Source of the DNA: Candidatus Binatia bacterium
Lineage (GTDB): Bacteria; Desulfobacterota; Binatia; UBA9968; JAJDTQ01
NCBI GenBank assembly: GCA_022824205.1
Contig: JAJEAI010000171.1
Coordinates: 1,193 to 65,192 of the forward strand
Direction: 5' to 3'
Length of the DNA stretch: 64,000 nt
Both the position numbers and the translations under genes were made by a program. The notes below the pieces were generated by a model. The model was not told the DNA's origin and searched no databases. It worked only from the letters and a program-made list of their open reading frames with translations. Shown here in pieces: positions 1 through 9,804 of this stretch; within the stretch, counting starts at the first letter, position 1, and the number at the start of each line of letters is the position of its first letter.

Positions 1-66
1 CGGGCGGGACCGCTGTTGAGGAGAGCGGCCGCGGCGGGCTTTCGGCAACAGGACCAGTATGAATGA
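1..66 (+). CDS. 3' end of an upstream serine protease-Sel1 repeat paralog (partial, gene continues off the window)
   Basis: nt 1-66 are homologous to the 3' tails at 1095-1162, 3253-3320 and 4236-4303. In the homologous frame it reads ...RQQDQYE* with the TGA at 64-66 overlapping the ATG (59) of the next copy. Confidence 0.55.
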   Translation, partial: RAGPLLRRAAAAGFRQQDQYE

Positions 67-1162
67 CACACGACTGCCGGCCTTGGTGCTTGCGGCTCTT
101 TTCGCTGTCGCGCTCTCCACACTCGGCTTGGCCTCACGCTCGGCCGCCGTGGACCTTGAGCATGTCCGAGGCGGGGTATGGAAGGTCTGGAACTGGACCC
201 CGGTGAAGAAAGCGAGGGAAAGTAAGTGGAAGGTCGGAACCACCTTCGCCATCGGACCGAGGTACATGGCAACCGCCCTCCACGTGCTGGCCTCGCACCG
301 CAGGAGGGGAACCCCCATTGCCGACCTCATTCTGAAATACTGGCATCGCGGCTACGTGTCGCCACCCCTCAGAATCAGGAGAGTGGCGGCAATGTCTGCC
401 GTTCATGATCTCGCCATCTTCGAGATCGGAAAGGACAACACCTATCTCCGGCTGGCAGAAGAACCGGTTCCGTCCGGTAGCAGGGGCTTGACGGGGTTCG
501 GCTATCCGGAAGCGGCGGGTAAGGGACTGCGAGTCTTGAGGCAAATCGGCAACGGAATCACCGTGGATCATCGGGTCGCCTCTCGAATCTACATGGCGGT
601 CGACATGGAGAAGCTGGGAGGGGCCAGCGGCGGACCCGTCCTGAGTTCGAAGGGGAAGGTCGTGGGTGTCCAGGTCGCCGGCGATGACAACATCTCCATC
701 GCGGTTACGATCCAACGCCTATGGGATCTCGCGGACGGCAAATCGGGCGTGATATGCCCTGCGTCCACCTCCTTCAATCACTGTTATGAACTGGCAATTG
801 AAGACATGAGAACGGTCGCTGGAAGGCACCATCCGGCGGCGGTCTACAGCCTGTGGAAACACTATGTCGATGGAGACCTCGAGGGCGGGCACGCCGACAA
901 GCTTCATTTGCTCAAGGAAGCTGCGGAACGGGGACACGTTTTGGCGCAACATAACTTGGCGGTGCGTTATGCCGAGGGAGATGTCGTTGAGAAGGATTGG
1001 CGAAAGGCTGACCTGTGGATGGAGCGGGCTGCCAAGCAGAACTTTCCGCCATCTCTCCACCAGTTGGGCAAACGGTATGAGGCCGACGGCGACTCGCGGG
1101 CCGGACCGCTGTTGAGGAGAGCGGCTGCCGCAGGCTATCTGCGAAAGGAGCAATATGAGTGA
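59..1162 (+). CDS. Secreted trypsin-like (S1) serine protease fused to C-terminal Sel1-like repeats, paralog 1 (367 aa)
   Basis: N-terminal hydrophobic signal peptide. His (TALHVLASH), Asp (HDLAIFEI) and Ser (GGASGGPV, GDSGGP-like) triad motifs are present. C-terminal Sel1/TPR-like repeats (GHVLAQHNLAVRYAEGDVV...). About 88% aa identity to the copy at 2208-3320. Confidence 0.8.
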   Translation: MNDTRLPALVLAALFAVALSTLGLASRSAAVDLEHVRGGVWKVWNWTPVKKARESKWKVGTTFAIGPRYMATALHVLASHRRRGTPIADLILKYWHRGYVSPPLRIRRVAAMSAVHDLAIFEIGKDNTYLRLAEEPVPSGSRGLTGFGYPEAAGKGLRVLRQIGNGITVDHRVASRIYMAVDMEKLGGASGGPVLSSKGKVVGVQVAGDDNISIAVTIQRLWDLADGKSGVICPASTSFNHCYELAIEDMRTVAGRHHPAAVYSLWKHYVDGDLEGGHADKLHLLKEAAERGHVLAQHNLAVRYAEGDVVEKDWRKADLWMERAAKQNFPPSLHQLGKRYEADGDSRAGPLLRRAAAAGYLRKEQYE

Positions 1163-1259
1163 TTGAGTAGAGCCATCTGTTCCTCGGCCAAGGCCTCGGT
1201 TTGTTGCTCGGTGAAGCGGGATTCCATCATGTGCTTGACGCATCTATGCGTGTCGAATG
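1163..1259 (-). pseudogene. Remnant (5' half only) of a DUF1640-like small gene; the 87-aa ORF 1135-1398 is a chimeric read-through
   Basis: About 97 bp near-identical to 4465-4561. It encodes ...AFDTHRCVKHMMESRFTEQQTEALAEEQMALLN, matching the N-terminal half of the intact copy at 4348-4590. The C-terminal half is missing and the frame runs into the antisense of the protease tail. Confidence 0.4.
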
Positions 1260-1291
1260 CGATGCCTTCACGCATGGGTTGATCTTGTCGG

Positions 1292-2104
1292 GTGAGTCCC
1301 CGTGGTAGCTGGAATGCCCTGGCCATGAAACAGGCCGTGCAAGTCGCCCGCCCGGCCGGACCATGCCATATTCCGCCCATGCGCTTCTTCAACACCACCG
1401 GGCCGGTGCAGGCGGAGAAGCACTACAGCATCCCGCCGCTGAGCCGGCTGGATCTGGAAGACGTGCTAACGCTCATTCGCGATGAGCGTTACTTCGCTCT
1501 GCTGGCGGCCCGCCAGACCGGCAAGACGACTGCCCTGCTGGCGCTTCGAGAGCTGTTGAACAGCGGCACCGAGGGCGGCTACCGGTGTGTGTACGCCAAT
1601 GTCGAGGCGGCGCAGGCGGCGCGCGAAGACACCGAACGGTCCATGCGCGCGATCCTGAGCGAATTGGCTCACTGGGCACGCTCGACGTTGGGCGACGGAA
1701 CGCTGGCCGGGATGTGGCCCGGGATTCTTGCCGAGGCCGGGCCGAACGGCGCGCTTCGCGAGGCGCTGAGCCGCTGGTCCGAGGCCGACCCGCGGCCGTT
1801 GGTGCTGCTCATCGACGAGATCGACGCGCTGGTGGGCGACACTTTGCTGTCGGTGCTGCGGCAGCTTCGGGCGGGATATGTCCAGCGCCCCCGAGGCTTT
1901 CCCCAGAGCATCATCCTGTGCGGCGTGCGTGACGTGCGCGACTACCGGATCCATTCCAGCGCCGAGAAGGAGATCATCTCGGGCGGGAGCGCGTTCAACG
2001 TCAAGGCCGAGTCGTTGCGGTTGGGGGATTTCTCCGAGGCCGAGGTGCGCGGGTTGCTGGCACATCAAGGTGCTCTGCTTGCGCCCTTCCTGGAACCGGC
2101 GTAA
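1292..2104 (+). CDS. AAA-like ATPase domain protein (RQTGKT P-loop), probably a truncated fragment
   Basis: Motif ...RYFALLAARQTGKTTALLAL... followed by a hhhhDEID Walker-B-like stretch (LVLLIDEIDAL) resembles AAA-like/archaeal-ATPase domains (PF14516-like). Only 270 aa and it is wedged between two protease paralogs; its 5' end overlaps the repeated module. Confidence 0.5.
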   Translation: MSPRGSWNALAMKQAVQVARPAGPCHIPPMRFFNTTGPVQAEKHYSIPPLSRLDLEDVLTLIRDERYFALLAARQTGKTTALLALRELLNSGTEGGYRCVYANVEAAQAAREDTERSMRAILSELAHWARSTLGDGTLAGMWPGILAEAGPNGALREALSRWSEADPRPLVLLIDEIDALVGDTLLSVLRQLRAGYVQRPRGFPQSIILCGVRDVRDYRIHSSAEKEIISGGSAFNVKAESLRLGDFSEAEVRGLLAHQGALLAPFLEPA

Positions 2105-2207
2105 CGTCTGCCGTAACGAATCCGTCCCTCCGGCAACACGCGCGCGCCGGCGATTGGTGCCGTGTTCACGCGGACACGTCCCGCCTACGATCAGGCAAAG
2201 GCATCCC

Positions 2208-3320
2208 ATGGATTCAGCCTCGAATACACGATGCGCGACCGTGATCGTCGCAGCCTTTCTCGTTGTCGCGTTCTCCCTTCTCGGCTCGGTCTCACGCTCG
2301 GCGGCCGTGGACCTGGACCATGTCAGAGGCGGTGTATGGAAGGTCTGGAACTGGACCCCGGTGAAGAAACCGGGAGAGAAGAAGTGGAGAGTGGGGACCG
2401 CCTTCGCCATCGGGCCAAGATACATGGCGACCGCCCTCCATGTGCTGGCGTCGCACCGCAGGAGAGGGACCCCCATTGCCGACCTCATTCTGAAGTACTG
2501 GCATCGCGGCTACGTGTCGCCGCCTCTCCGAATCAAGAGAGTGGCGGCAATGTCTGCCGTTCATGATCTCGCCATCTTCGAGATCGGGAAGGACAACACC
2601 TATCTGCGGCTGGCGGAAGAACCGGTTCCGTCCGGTAGCAGGGGCTTGACGGGGTTCGGCTACCCGGAAGCGGCGGGTAAGGGACTGCGAGTCTTGAGGC
2701 AACTCGGCAACGGGATCACCGTCGATCACCGGGTCGCGTCTCAAATCTACATGGCGGTCAACATGGAGAAGCTGGGCGGGGCCAGCGGCGGACCTGTTCT
2801 GGATTCGAAGGGGAAGGTTGTCGGTGTCCAGGTCCAAGGCGCCGGCAACCTGTCCATCAACGTCACGATCCAACGTCTCTGGGATCTTGCCGATGGCAAG
2901 CTGGGAGTGATTTGCCCCGAGGTTGCCTCCTTCGATCGCTGTTATGAGACGGCAATGGAAGACATGAGAGGGCGCGCGGCAAAGAGAGACCCGGTCGCCG
3001 CCTACAGACTGTGGGAGCACTATTTCGATGGCGACCTCGAGGGCGGGTACGCCGACAAGCTTCATTTGCTCAAGGAAGCTGCCGAACAGGGACACGTCCT
3101 GGCGCAGGTTAACTTGGCGTGGCTTTATGCGCAGGGAGATGTCGTTGGTAAGGACTACCGGAAGGCCGACCTGTGGATGGCGCGGGCCGCGAAGCAGGAC
3201 CATCCGCCAGCCCTGTACGACTTGGGCAAATGGTATCAAGACGACGGCGACTCGCGGGCCGGACTGTTGTTGAGGAGAGCGGCCGCGGCAGGCTATCTGC
3301 AGGAAGACCAGTATGAGTGA
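2208..3320 (+). CDS. Secreted trypsin-like (S1) serine protease fused to C-terminal Sel1-like repeats, paralog 2 (370 aa)
   Basis: The ATG at 2208 gives MDSASNTRCATVIVAAFLVVAFSLLGS... (signal peptide). The rest is collinear with paralog 1: same catalytic motifs, Sel1 repeats and conserved 3' tail ending ...GYLQEDQYE*. The track ORF 1878-3320 has a spurious 5' extension. Confidence 0.8.
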   Translation: MDSASNTRCATVIVAAFLVVAFSLLGSVSRSAAVDLDHVRGGVWKVWNWTPVKKPGEKKWRVGTAFAIGPRYMATALHVLASHRRRGTPIADLILKYWHRGYVSPPLRIKRVAAMSAVHDLAIFEIGKDNTYLRLAEEPVPSGSRGLTGFGYPEAAGKGLRVLRQLGNGITVDHRVASQIYMAVNMEKLGGASGGPVLDSKGKVVGVQVQGAGNLSINVTIQRLWDLADGKLGVICPEVASFDRCYETAMEDMRGRAAKRDPVAAYRLWEHYFDGDLEGGYADKLHLLKEAAEQGHVLAQVNLAWLYAQGDVVGKDYRKADLWMARAAKQDHPPALYDLGKWYQDDGDSRAGLLLRRAAAAGYLQEDQYE

Positions 3321-3429
3321 ACGCAACCGGAGAGATTCCGTTCCAGGCAGGCTGGCAGGAACCAATTGTCGGAGGCTTGGCGACGCCCATTTCCGACCTT
3401 ATGTCCAAGTACGGGCACCCCAGCCCTCG

Positions 3430-3553
3430 GGATCAAGCCCGGCTCGAAACTACCTTGCGTCCCTCCCGAAACCGGCCCAACATCAACACGTAGACTTGGC
3501 GACCCGTCGGCGCCTTTATTGCCATCGCCGGCTTGGTTGTTGTCATCACCTGA
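3430..3553 (+). pseudogene. Decayed remnant of a DUF1640-like gene C-terminus (in-frame TAG)
   Basis: The plus-strand frame reads ...PNINT*TWRPVGAFIAIAGLVVVIT*. Compare the intact copy at 5103-5336: ...AAINTQTWRLIGAAIAIAGLAVAITRLL*. The CAG codon is replaced by TAG. Confidence 0.3.
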
Positions 3554-3614
3554 GTGCTCCGAGAGCCCTGTCCCCGGTAAACGAACTTGACGGGTTGCCG
3601 CACAGGAGAGCGAG

Positions 3615-3845
3615 ATGGATAGAATAGCTGTCGATCCACGGGTTCACTTCGGCAAGCCGTGTGTTGCCGGCACGCGCATCGCGGTACAGGACGTCCTGGA
3701 ACTTGTCGACGAGGAGATCCCTTTCGTTCAGATCATTCGTGATTACTATCCCGACCTCACGACCGAGGACATCCATGCGTGCATTCGGTACGCAATTGCC
3801 TTGGTCGGAGCAGAAGGCATCCACCTACGCACGACGTCCGCCTGA
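3615..3845 (+). CDS. DUF433 family protein (antitoxin-like partner of DUF5615)
   Basis: MDRIAVDPRVHFGKPCVAGTRIAV... is typical DUF433. The stop overlaps or abuts the ATG of the next gene. Confidence 0.8.
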   Translation: MDRIAVDPRVHFGKPCVAGTRIAVQDVLELVDEEIPFVQIIRDYYPDLTTEDIHACIRYAIALVGAEGIHLRTTSA

Positions 3846-4208
3846 ATGAGATTTCTGCTCGACCAGGACGTGTACGCAGCCACGGCCCGGCATCCGGAGA
3901 GTCTTGGACACGATGTCGTTCGTGCATCCGAAATCGGTCTCTCCCGCGCCACGGACGAAACGTTGCTTGAGGTCGCTTGTGAAGACGAAAGGGTGTTCGT
4001 TACTCGTGACAGAGACTTCGGGCGCATCGTGTTCCTGAATCGACAGCATGGGGCGGTTCTATACTTGCGTATGCTCCCCTCAACACAAGACGCCGTTCAC
4101 CGGGAACTTGACGCAGTACTGCAAACGTATGGGACAGACGAGTTGGCGAAGGCATTTGTCGTCGTCGAACCAGGTGGTCACAGGCTCAGACGACTGCCCT
4201 CGGGGTGA
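3846..4208 (+). CDS. DUF5615 family (PIN-like / Mut7-C-like) putative toxin
   Basis: MRFLLDQDV..., 120 aa, immediately downstream of and coupled to DUF433: a common two-gene arrangement. Confidence 0.7.
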   Translation: MRFLLDQDVYAATARHPESLGHDVVRASEIGLSRATDETLLEVACEDERVFVTRDRDFGRIVFLNRQHGAVLYLRMLPSTQDAVHRELDAVLQTYGTDELAKAFVVVEPGGHRLRRLPSG

Positions 4209-4235
4209 TCGGCCAGCCCGCGCCGAGAACCGTTT

Positions 4236-4303
4236 CGCGGGCCGGACCGTTGTTGAGGAGAGCGGCTGCGGCAGGCTATCTGCGGAAGGATCAGTATGAG
4301 TGA
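4236..4303 (+). repeat. Orphan copy of the conserved protease-Sel1 3' tail (encodes RAGPLLRRAAAAGYLRKDQYE*), remnant of a deleted paralog
   Basis: Near-identical to 1095-1162 and 3253-3320. Not part of any long ORF here; in a different frame from the track ORF 4048-4299. Confidence 0.6.
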
Positions 4304-4347
4304 ACGCAGCCGGGGAGCTTCTGTCCCGCACCGACGCTGCGAGTGCG

Positions 4348-4590
4348 CTACAACAGCTTGACCAAGGTGACGACCAAGCCTCCTTGGGCGATCAACGCCC
4401 CCAGGGTCCACTTCAGTAGATCTGCCTTGACGGCCTCGATGTCCGCCTTGGTCGCCAAGTTGCCATTGAGTAGAGCCATCTGTTCCTCGGCCAAGGCTTC
4501 GGCCTGTTGCTCGGTGAAGCCGGATTCCGTCATGTGCTTGACGAATCTATGCGTGTCGAATGCGGCGTGAGTATCGAGGAGGAGCCTCAC
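4348..4590 (-). CDS. DUF1640-like small protein with C-terminal hydrophobic anchor (80 aa), intact copy
   Basis: MRLLLDTHAAFDTHRFVKHMTESGFTEQQAEALAEEQMALLNGNLATKADIEAVKADLLKWTLGALIAQGGLVVTLVKLL. Same architecture as the 5103-5336 copy (FDT..GF..QAEA..A...LATKADL...W..G....GL.V....LL). Confidence 0.55.
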   Translation of the reverse strand: MRLLLDTHAAFDTHRFVKHMTESGFTEQQAEALAEEQMALLNGNLATKADIEAVKADLLKWTLGALIAQGGLVVTLVKLL

Positions 4591-4596
4591 TTCGGC

Positions 4597-4827
4597 TCAA
4601 CCCTCCCAAGCCGCCAGTTCGTCCTCCGGCAGTGGCTCCAGGATGCTGTCGTCGACGGCGACTTGCCCCTTCATGGCACCGAAGCGTCGCTTGCCGGGTG
4701 ACTTGCAGCGAACAAGCCGTGCGACGGGTTGGCCCCGACGGGCGATCACCACATCTTCCCCCGCCTCGACTTGGGCCAGAAGGCGGGAGAGCTGAGTTTT
4801 CGCTTGATGGACGTTGACGACGGGCAT
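4597..4827 (-). CDS. Phd/YefM-family type II antitoxin (no cognate toxin recognisable)
   Basis: MPVVNVHQAKTQLSRLLAQVEAGEDVVIARRGQPVARLV... is the classic Phd/YefM N-terminus. The downstream gene is the DUF1640-like protein rather than a PIN/Doc/RelE toxin. Confidence 0.8.
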   Translation of the reverse strand: MPVVNVHQAKTQLSRLLAQVEAGEDVVIARRGQPVARLVRCKSPGKRRFGAMKGQVAVDDSILEPLPEDELAAWEG

Positions 4828-5102
4828 GACCTTGGATCTCCTAAGGACAGACTTGGCTAAGAGTATGATTAAGCGCTGAAAACAATCAAGGCCTCGCCGG
4901 GGGTCGAGATCGAGGTGTGGGGCATGTGAGCGGGCACGGCGCCTCGGCGGATCGCCATGACAGGCATCTCAAGACTTCAGCCGCAGACAAACGGTGGGGC
5001 GGCATCGAGAGGGAATACGGCCTGGGGCGGTGGCGTACGGCTTTAACACCTTCGAGGTCATCCATCTTGCGCCCATCCCGAAACCAGCGTAACATTCTCA
5101 AC

Positions 5103-5336
5103 GTGGACGTCGATGTCGACACCGTGGAGATCTCGCGCGAACTGACCCAAGCCGGCGTTGAACGCGATCAAGCGGATGCGATTGCCAGCGCAATGCGTAG
5201 GGTCGCTCATGGTAGCCGCGAGGATTTGGTGACAAAAGCCGACCTGGAGGCGGCGATCAACACGCAGACTTGGCGGTTGATAGGTGCCGCGATTGCGATA
5301 GCGGGCCTCGCCGTCGCCATCACCCGCCTGCTTTGA
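5103..5336 (+). CDS. DUF1640-like small protein with C-terminal hydrophobic anchor; putative GTG start
   Basis: (M)DVDVDTVEISRELTQAGVERDQADAIASAMRR...LVTKADLEAAINTQTWRLIGAAIAIAGLAVAITRLL. The track ORF 4917-5336 probably over-extends at the 5' end. Confidence 0.5.
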   Translation: MDVDVDTVEISRELTQAGVERDQADAIASAMRRVAHGSREDLVTKADLEAAINTQTWRLIGAAIAIAGLAVAITRLL

Positions 5337-5378
5337 CAACGTCAACCCTGAACTCGCCCCGTCTCACCTCGCCCCATA

Positions 5379-6251
5379 TCACCGAATCGCCGTAATCATC
5401 ACCACCCCCAGCACGATCAGCCCCGCGGCCACCACCTTGCGTGACGTGATGACCTCCACGTTCCGGAGGAATATCGCCGACAGCACCAGGCTGTAGAGCG
5501 GGCTCAGGCTGGCCAGCGGGGCGACGATGACGACGTCCGACAAGTGCAGGGACATGAAGATGCTGGCGACGCTGAGGGTCACGGCGAAGCCGGCGAGGAG
5601 GAACCAGCCCAGGGCGCGGCGGTGGAAGCGCACCATGGACCAGTTGCGCGAGACGGTCAGGGAAACGGCGATGGCGACGAGGGAGGTGCCGGTGGTGGTG
5701 GCGGCGCCGAGGATGGGGAGGCTGATGCCGGCGAGGCCGATCTTGCGGATGACCTGGGTGGAGCCGGCGACGAAGGCGCTGAGAAGGGGCAGGGCCACCA
5801 GGATGTTGAGCTTCATCCATGCGCCGGTCTTTCCCTCGCTCAGGCTCAGGAGCGTGATCCCGACCACCACGAGGGCGGTGCCCGCGCCCACGGCCGGGGT
5901 GAGCTGCTCGCCGAGCACGGCGATGGCCAGGAGCGACGAGAAGAGAGGCGTGGTGGCGCGGAGGGGCGCGGTGACGGCCACGCCCACTTTCTCCACGCTC
6001 AGATACGCGAGGAAGCGCGTGCCGCCGGGCTGGATCAGGCCCACCAGCACGAAGATCAGGACCTCGGGACGGAGGATCTCGTCCCACGGCAGCACCGCCA
6101 GGACGAAGCTCCAGAAGCTCAGCACGTTGATGGCGAGGGAGAGGACGGTGGCGCTGATGGGATTGCCGTGGGCCAATCCCTTCTTGAGGAAGATCAGGTT
6201 GATGGCGGTGAAGAGCCCGCAGGCGAGCGCGAAGGCTTCGGCCGGGATCAC
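5379..6251 (-). CDS. EamA/DMT-family transporter
   Basis: 290 aa, about 10 TM helices, duplicated EamA-like halves. Confidence 0.8.
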   Translation of the reverse strand: MIPAEAFALACGLFTAINLIFLKKGLAHGNPISATVLSLAINVLSFWSFVLAVLPWDEILRPEVLIFVLVGLIQPGGTRFLAYLSVEKVGVAVTAPLRATTPLFSSLLAIAVLGEQLTPAVGAGTALVVVGITLLSLSEGKTGAWMKLNILVALPLLSAFVAGSTQVIRKIGLAGISLPILGAATTTGTSLVAIAVSLTVSRNWSMVRFHRRALGWFLLAGFAVTLSVASIFMSLHLSDVVIVAPLASLSPLYSLVLSAIFLRNVEVITSRKVVAAGLIVLGVVMITAIR

Positions 6252-6294
6252 GTGAGGAAGGAGAAGAAAACGGTATTCGTGGTCGTGGCGGTCA

Positions 6295-7286
6295 TCAGAA
6301 CCGGATCACGGAGGCGCCCCAGGCGAAGCCCGCGCCGAAGGCGTTCAGCAGCACGATGTCCCCCTCGGCGATGCGCCCCGCGCGCCGCACCTCGTCCAGC
6401 GCCACGGGCACGGACGCGGCGGACGTGTTGCCGTACTTGTCCAGGTTGACGACGACCTTTTCCATGGGAATTTCGAGGCGCGCTGCCAGGGCGGCGATGA
6501 TCCGGCGATTGGCCTGATGCGGCACCACCAGGGAGACGTCCTCCACGCCCAGACCGGCCTCGGCGAGCACTCGCCGGCTGATGTCTTCCATGGACCGGAC
6601 GGCCACCTTGAAGACTTCCTTGCCGTTCATGAAGATGGAGTGCTCGCGGTTCTCCACCGTCTCCCGCGTGGCCGGCTTCTTGGTGCCTCCCGCACGGATG
6701 TAAAGCGTCTCGGCGTAGGAACCGTCGGTCTGGAGCCGGGTGCTGAGGATGCCCTGGTCGCCGTTTTCGCCGGGCCCCAGCACCGCGGCGCCGGCGGCGT
6801 CGCCGAACAGGATGCAGGTGCTGCGGTCCTGCCAGTCGAGGTAGCGGCTGAGCACGTCGCTGCCCACCACCAGGGCTTTGCCGATGCGGCCGGAACGGAT
6901 GAACAGATCGGCCACCGAAAGCGCGTTGAGAAAGCCCGAGCAGGCCGCGTTCACGTCGAACGAGAACACTTCCTTGGCGCCGAGCTTGGCTTCGAGGACG
7001 CAGCCCAGGCTGGGGAACTGGTAGTCCGGCGTGCACGTGCCCGCGATGATGGCGTCCAGTTCGCCGACGTCGAGGCCGGCGTCCTCCAGTGCCCGCTCCG
7101 AGGCGAGCAGCGCCAGGTCCGAGGTGGCCTTGCTGTCCTCCAGCACACGCCGCTCCTTGATGCCCGTGCGGGTGGTGATCCATTCGTCGCTGGTGTCGAC
7201 GATCTTGGCCAGGTCGTCGTTGGTGACGACCTGGGAGGGAACGGCGGAACCCGTGCCCAGTATGACGCTGCGCGGTGCTGTCTGTG

Positions 7287-7290
<4 letters not shown>
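6295..7290 (-). CDS. fabH: 3-oxoacyl-ACP synthase III
   Basis: [44 protein letters not shown]...AACSGF...HQAN.. is the canonical FabH. 4-bp overlap with fabF. Confidence 0.9.
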
Positions 7291-8540
<1,250 letters not shown>

Positions 8541-8593
8541 GGTGTCTTCTCAGGATGCCGTAAGCTGTCGCGGCCGCGCCGAAGCCGCTTGCT

Positions 8594-9619
8594 CTACCAA
8601 TACCGTTCGCGTATCCGGAGCACCTCCCGGATACGGGTCGCGATGCGCTCCCCGCTCCCGTCGAAGGAGGCGGCTTCTTCCGACTGCATGCACTCCAGCA
8701 CGGTGGCCACGGAGTTGCGCAGCGCGGCGAGATCGTATCCCCCTTCCAGAAGAAAAGCGATCTTGCCGCCGGTGTGTCTCCGCGCCAGCTCCAGCAACGC
8801 GTTGGCCATGACGCCGAAGCCGCGCTCGGTGACGCCCATGGCGCCGAGGGGATCGTCGCGGTGCGAGTCGAACCCGGCCGACACGAGCAGCCAGTCGGGC
8901 TCATAGCGCTCGATGGCCGGGACGATGATGTCCCGGAATACCGCCAGATACTCGGCGTCGCCGCAACCGGCCGGCAGCGGCACGTTTACCGTGTAGCCCT
9001 CTCCCCGGCCGTTCCCTGCCTCGTCCGCGGCTCCGGTGCCTGGATAGTACGGGTACTGGTGCGTCGACAGGAACAGCACGGACGGGTCGTCGTAGAACGC
9101 GTCCTGCGAGCCGTTGCCGTGGTGCACGTCCCAGTCCATGATGGCGACCCGCCGCGCGCCGTGTTTCTCCTGCAGATAGCGGGCGCCGATGGCCACCGTG
9201 TTGAACAGGCAGAACCCCATGCCGCGGTTCCGCAGCGCGTGATGCCCCGGCGGCCGCGCCATGGTGAAACCGTTGCCGTAGTCCGCCGCCGCCACCGCGT
9301 CCAGAAGCTGCAGGAACCCGCCCACCGCCATCAACGCCACGCCGAAGGAGTCCCGGCAGGTGATGGTGTCGCCGTCGAGAGCGAACCGGTTGTGCTCGGA
9401 AGTCGAGCGGACAAGGTCGATGTAGTCGGAACCGTGGCACAACTCCAGCTCCGCCTGCACCGCCGCTCGCAACGGCAGCAGCTCGAAGCGGTCGCCACCG
9501 GCCGCGACCTCGCCGGCGAGGTCGAGAAGCGTCTGGATCCGCTGCGGGTGCTCGGGGTGATACGGACCCGGTTCGTGCTTGAGGAACACCGGGTCGGTGA
9601 CGATGGCGGAACGGGGCAT
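8594..9619 (-). CDS. Histone deacetylase-family protein (acetoin utilisation AcuC / acetylpolyamine amidohydrolase-like)
   Basis: ...PPGHHA...DWDVHHGNG...GFDSHRDDPLG...EGGY: HDAC/arginase-fold signature. Confidence 0.85.
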   Translation of the reverse strand: MPRSAIVTDPVFLKHEPGPYHPEHPQRIQTLLDLAGEVAAGGDRFELLPLRAAVQAELELCHGSDYIDLVRSTSEHNRFALDGDTITCRDSFGVALMAVGGFLQLLDAVAAADYGNGFTMARPPGHHALRNRGMGFCLFNTVAIGARYLQEKHGARRVAIMDWDVHHGNGSQDAFYDDPSVLFLSTHQYPYYPGTGAADEAGNGRGEGYTVNVPLPAGCGDAEYLAVFRDIIVPAIERYEPDWLLVSAGFDSHRDDPLGAMGVTERGFGVMANALLELARRHTGGKIAFLLEGGYDLAALRNSVATVLECMQSEEAASFDGSGERIATRIREVLRIRERYW

Positions 9620-9678
9620 GCTCCGCGCAATCTACCATCATGCAGGATACGGGTCAAAGATCCGGCTTGTCCCCTTGT

Positions 9679-9804
9679 CCAGCAAAGACGGAATTTTGAG
9701 CGACGCCGTGCCGGCCAATCCGGTCCCGGTGGAACCGATGGCGGATGAGGTACGCTACGGTCTCACGCCATCAACCGGCCGGCCCATACCTCCATCGCCA
9801 CCCG
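9679..9804. repeat. Direct repeat A (~126 bp), decayed copy of the 3' end plus downstream region of the ADP-ribosylglycohydrolase gene
   Basis: About 90% identical to 10804-10932. The minus frame is broken relative to copy B. Confidence 0.7.

Noticed and set aside
1135-1398. 87-aa minus-strand ORF
   Set aside because: Chimeric. Only the central ~35 aa match the DUF1640-like family. The C-terminal 11 aa are the antisense of the protease 3' tail, and the N-terminal part is antisense to the AAA-like ATPase. Treated as a remnant, not a gene.
4558-4590. N-terminus MRLLLDTHAAF downstream of the Phd antitoxin looked like the start of a VapC/PIN toxin truncated by the repeat
   Set aside because: The FDT...GF..QAEA motif that follows is the normal N-terminal region of the DUF1640-like family, seen in all other copies. 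The whole 80-aa ORF is best read as one intact DUF1640-like protein, not a PIN fragment.
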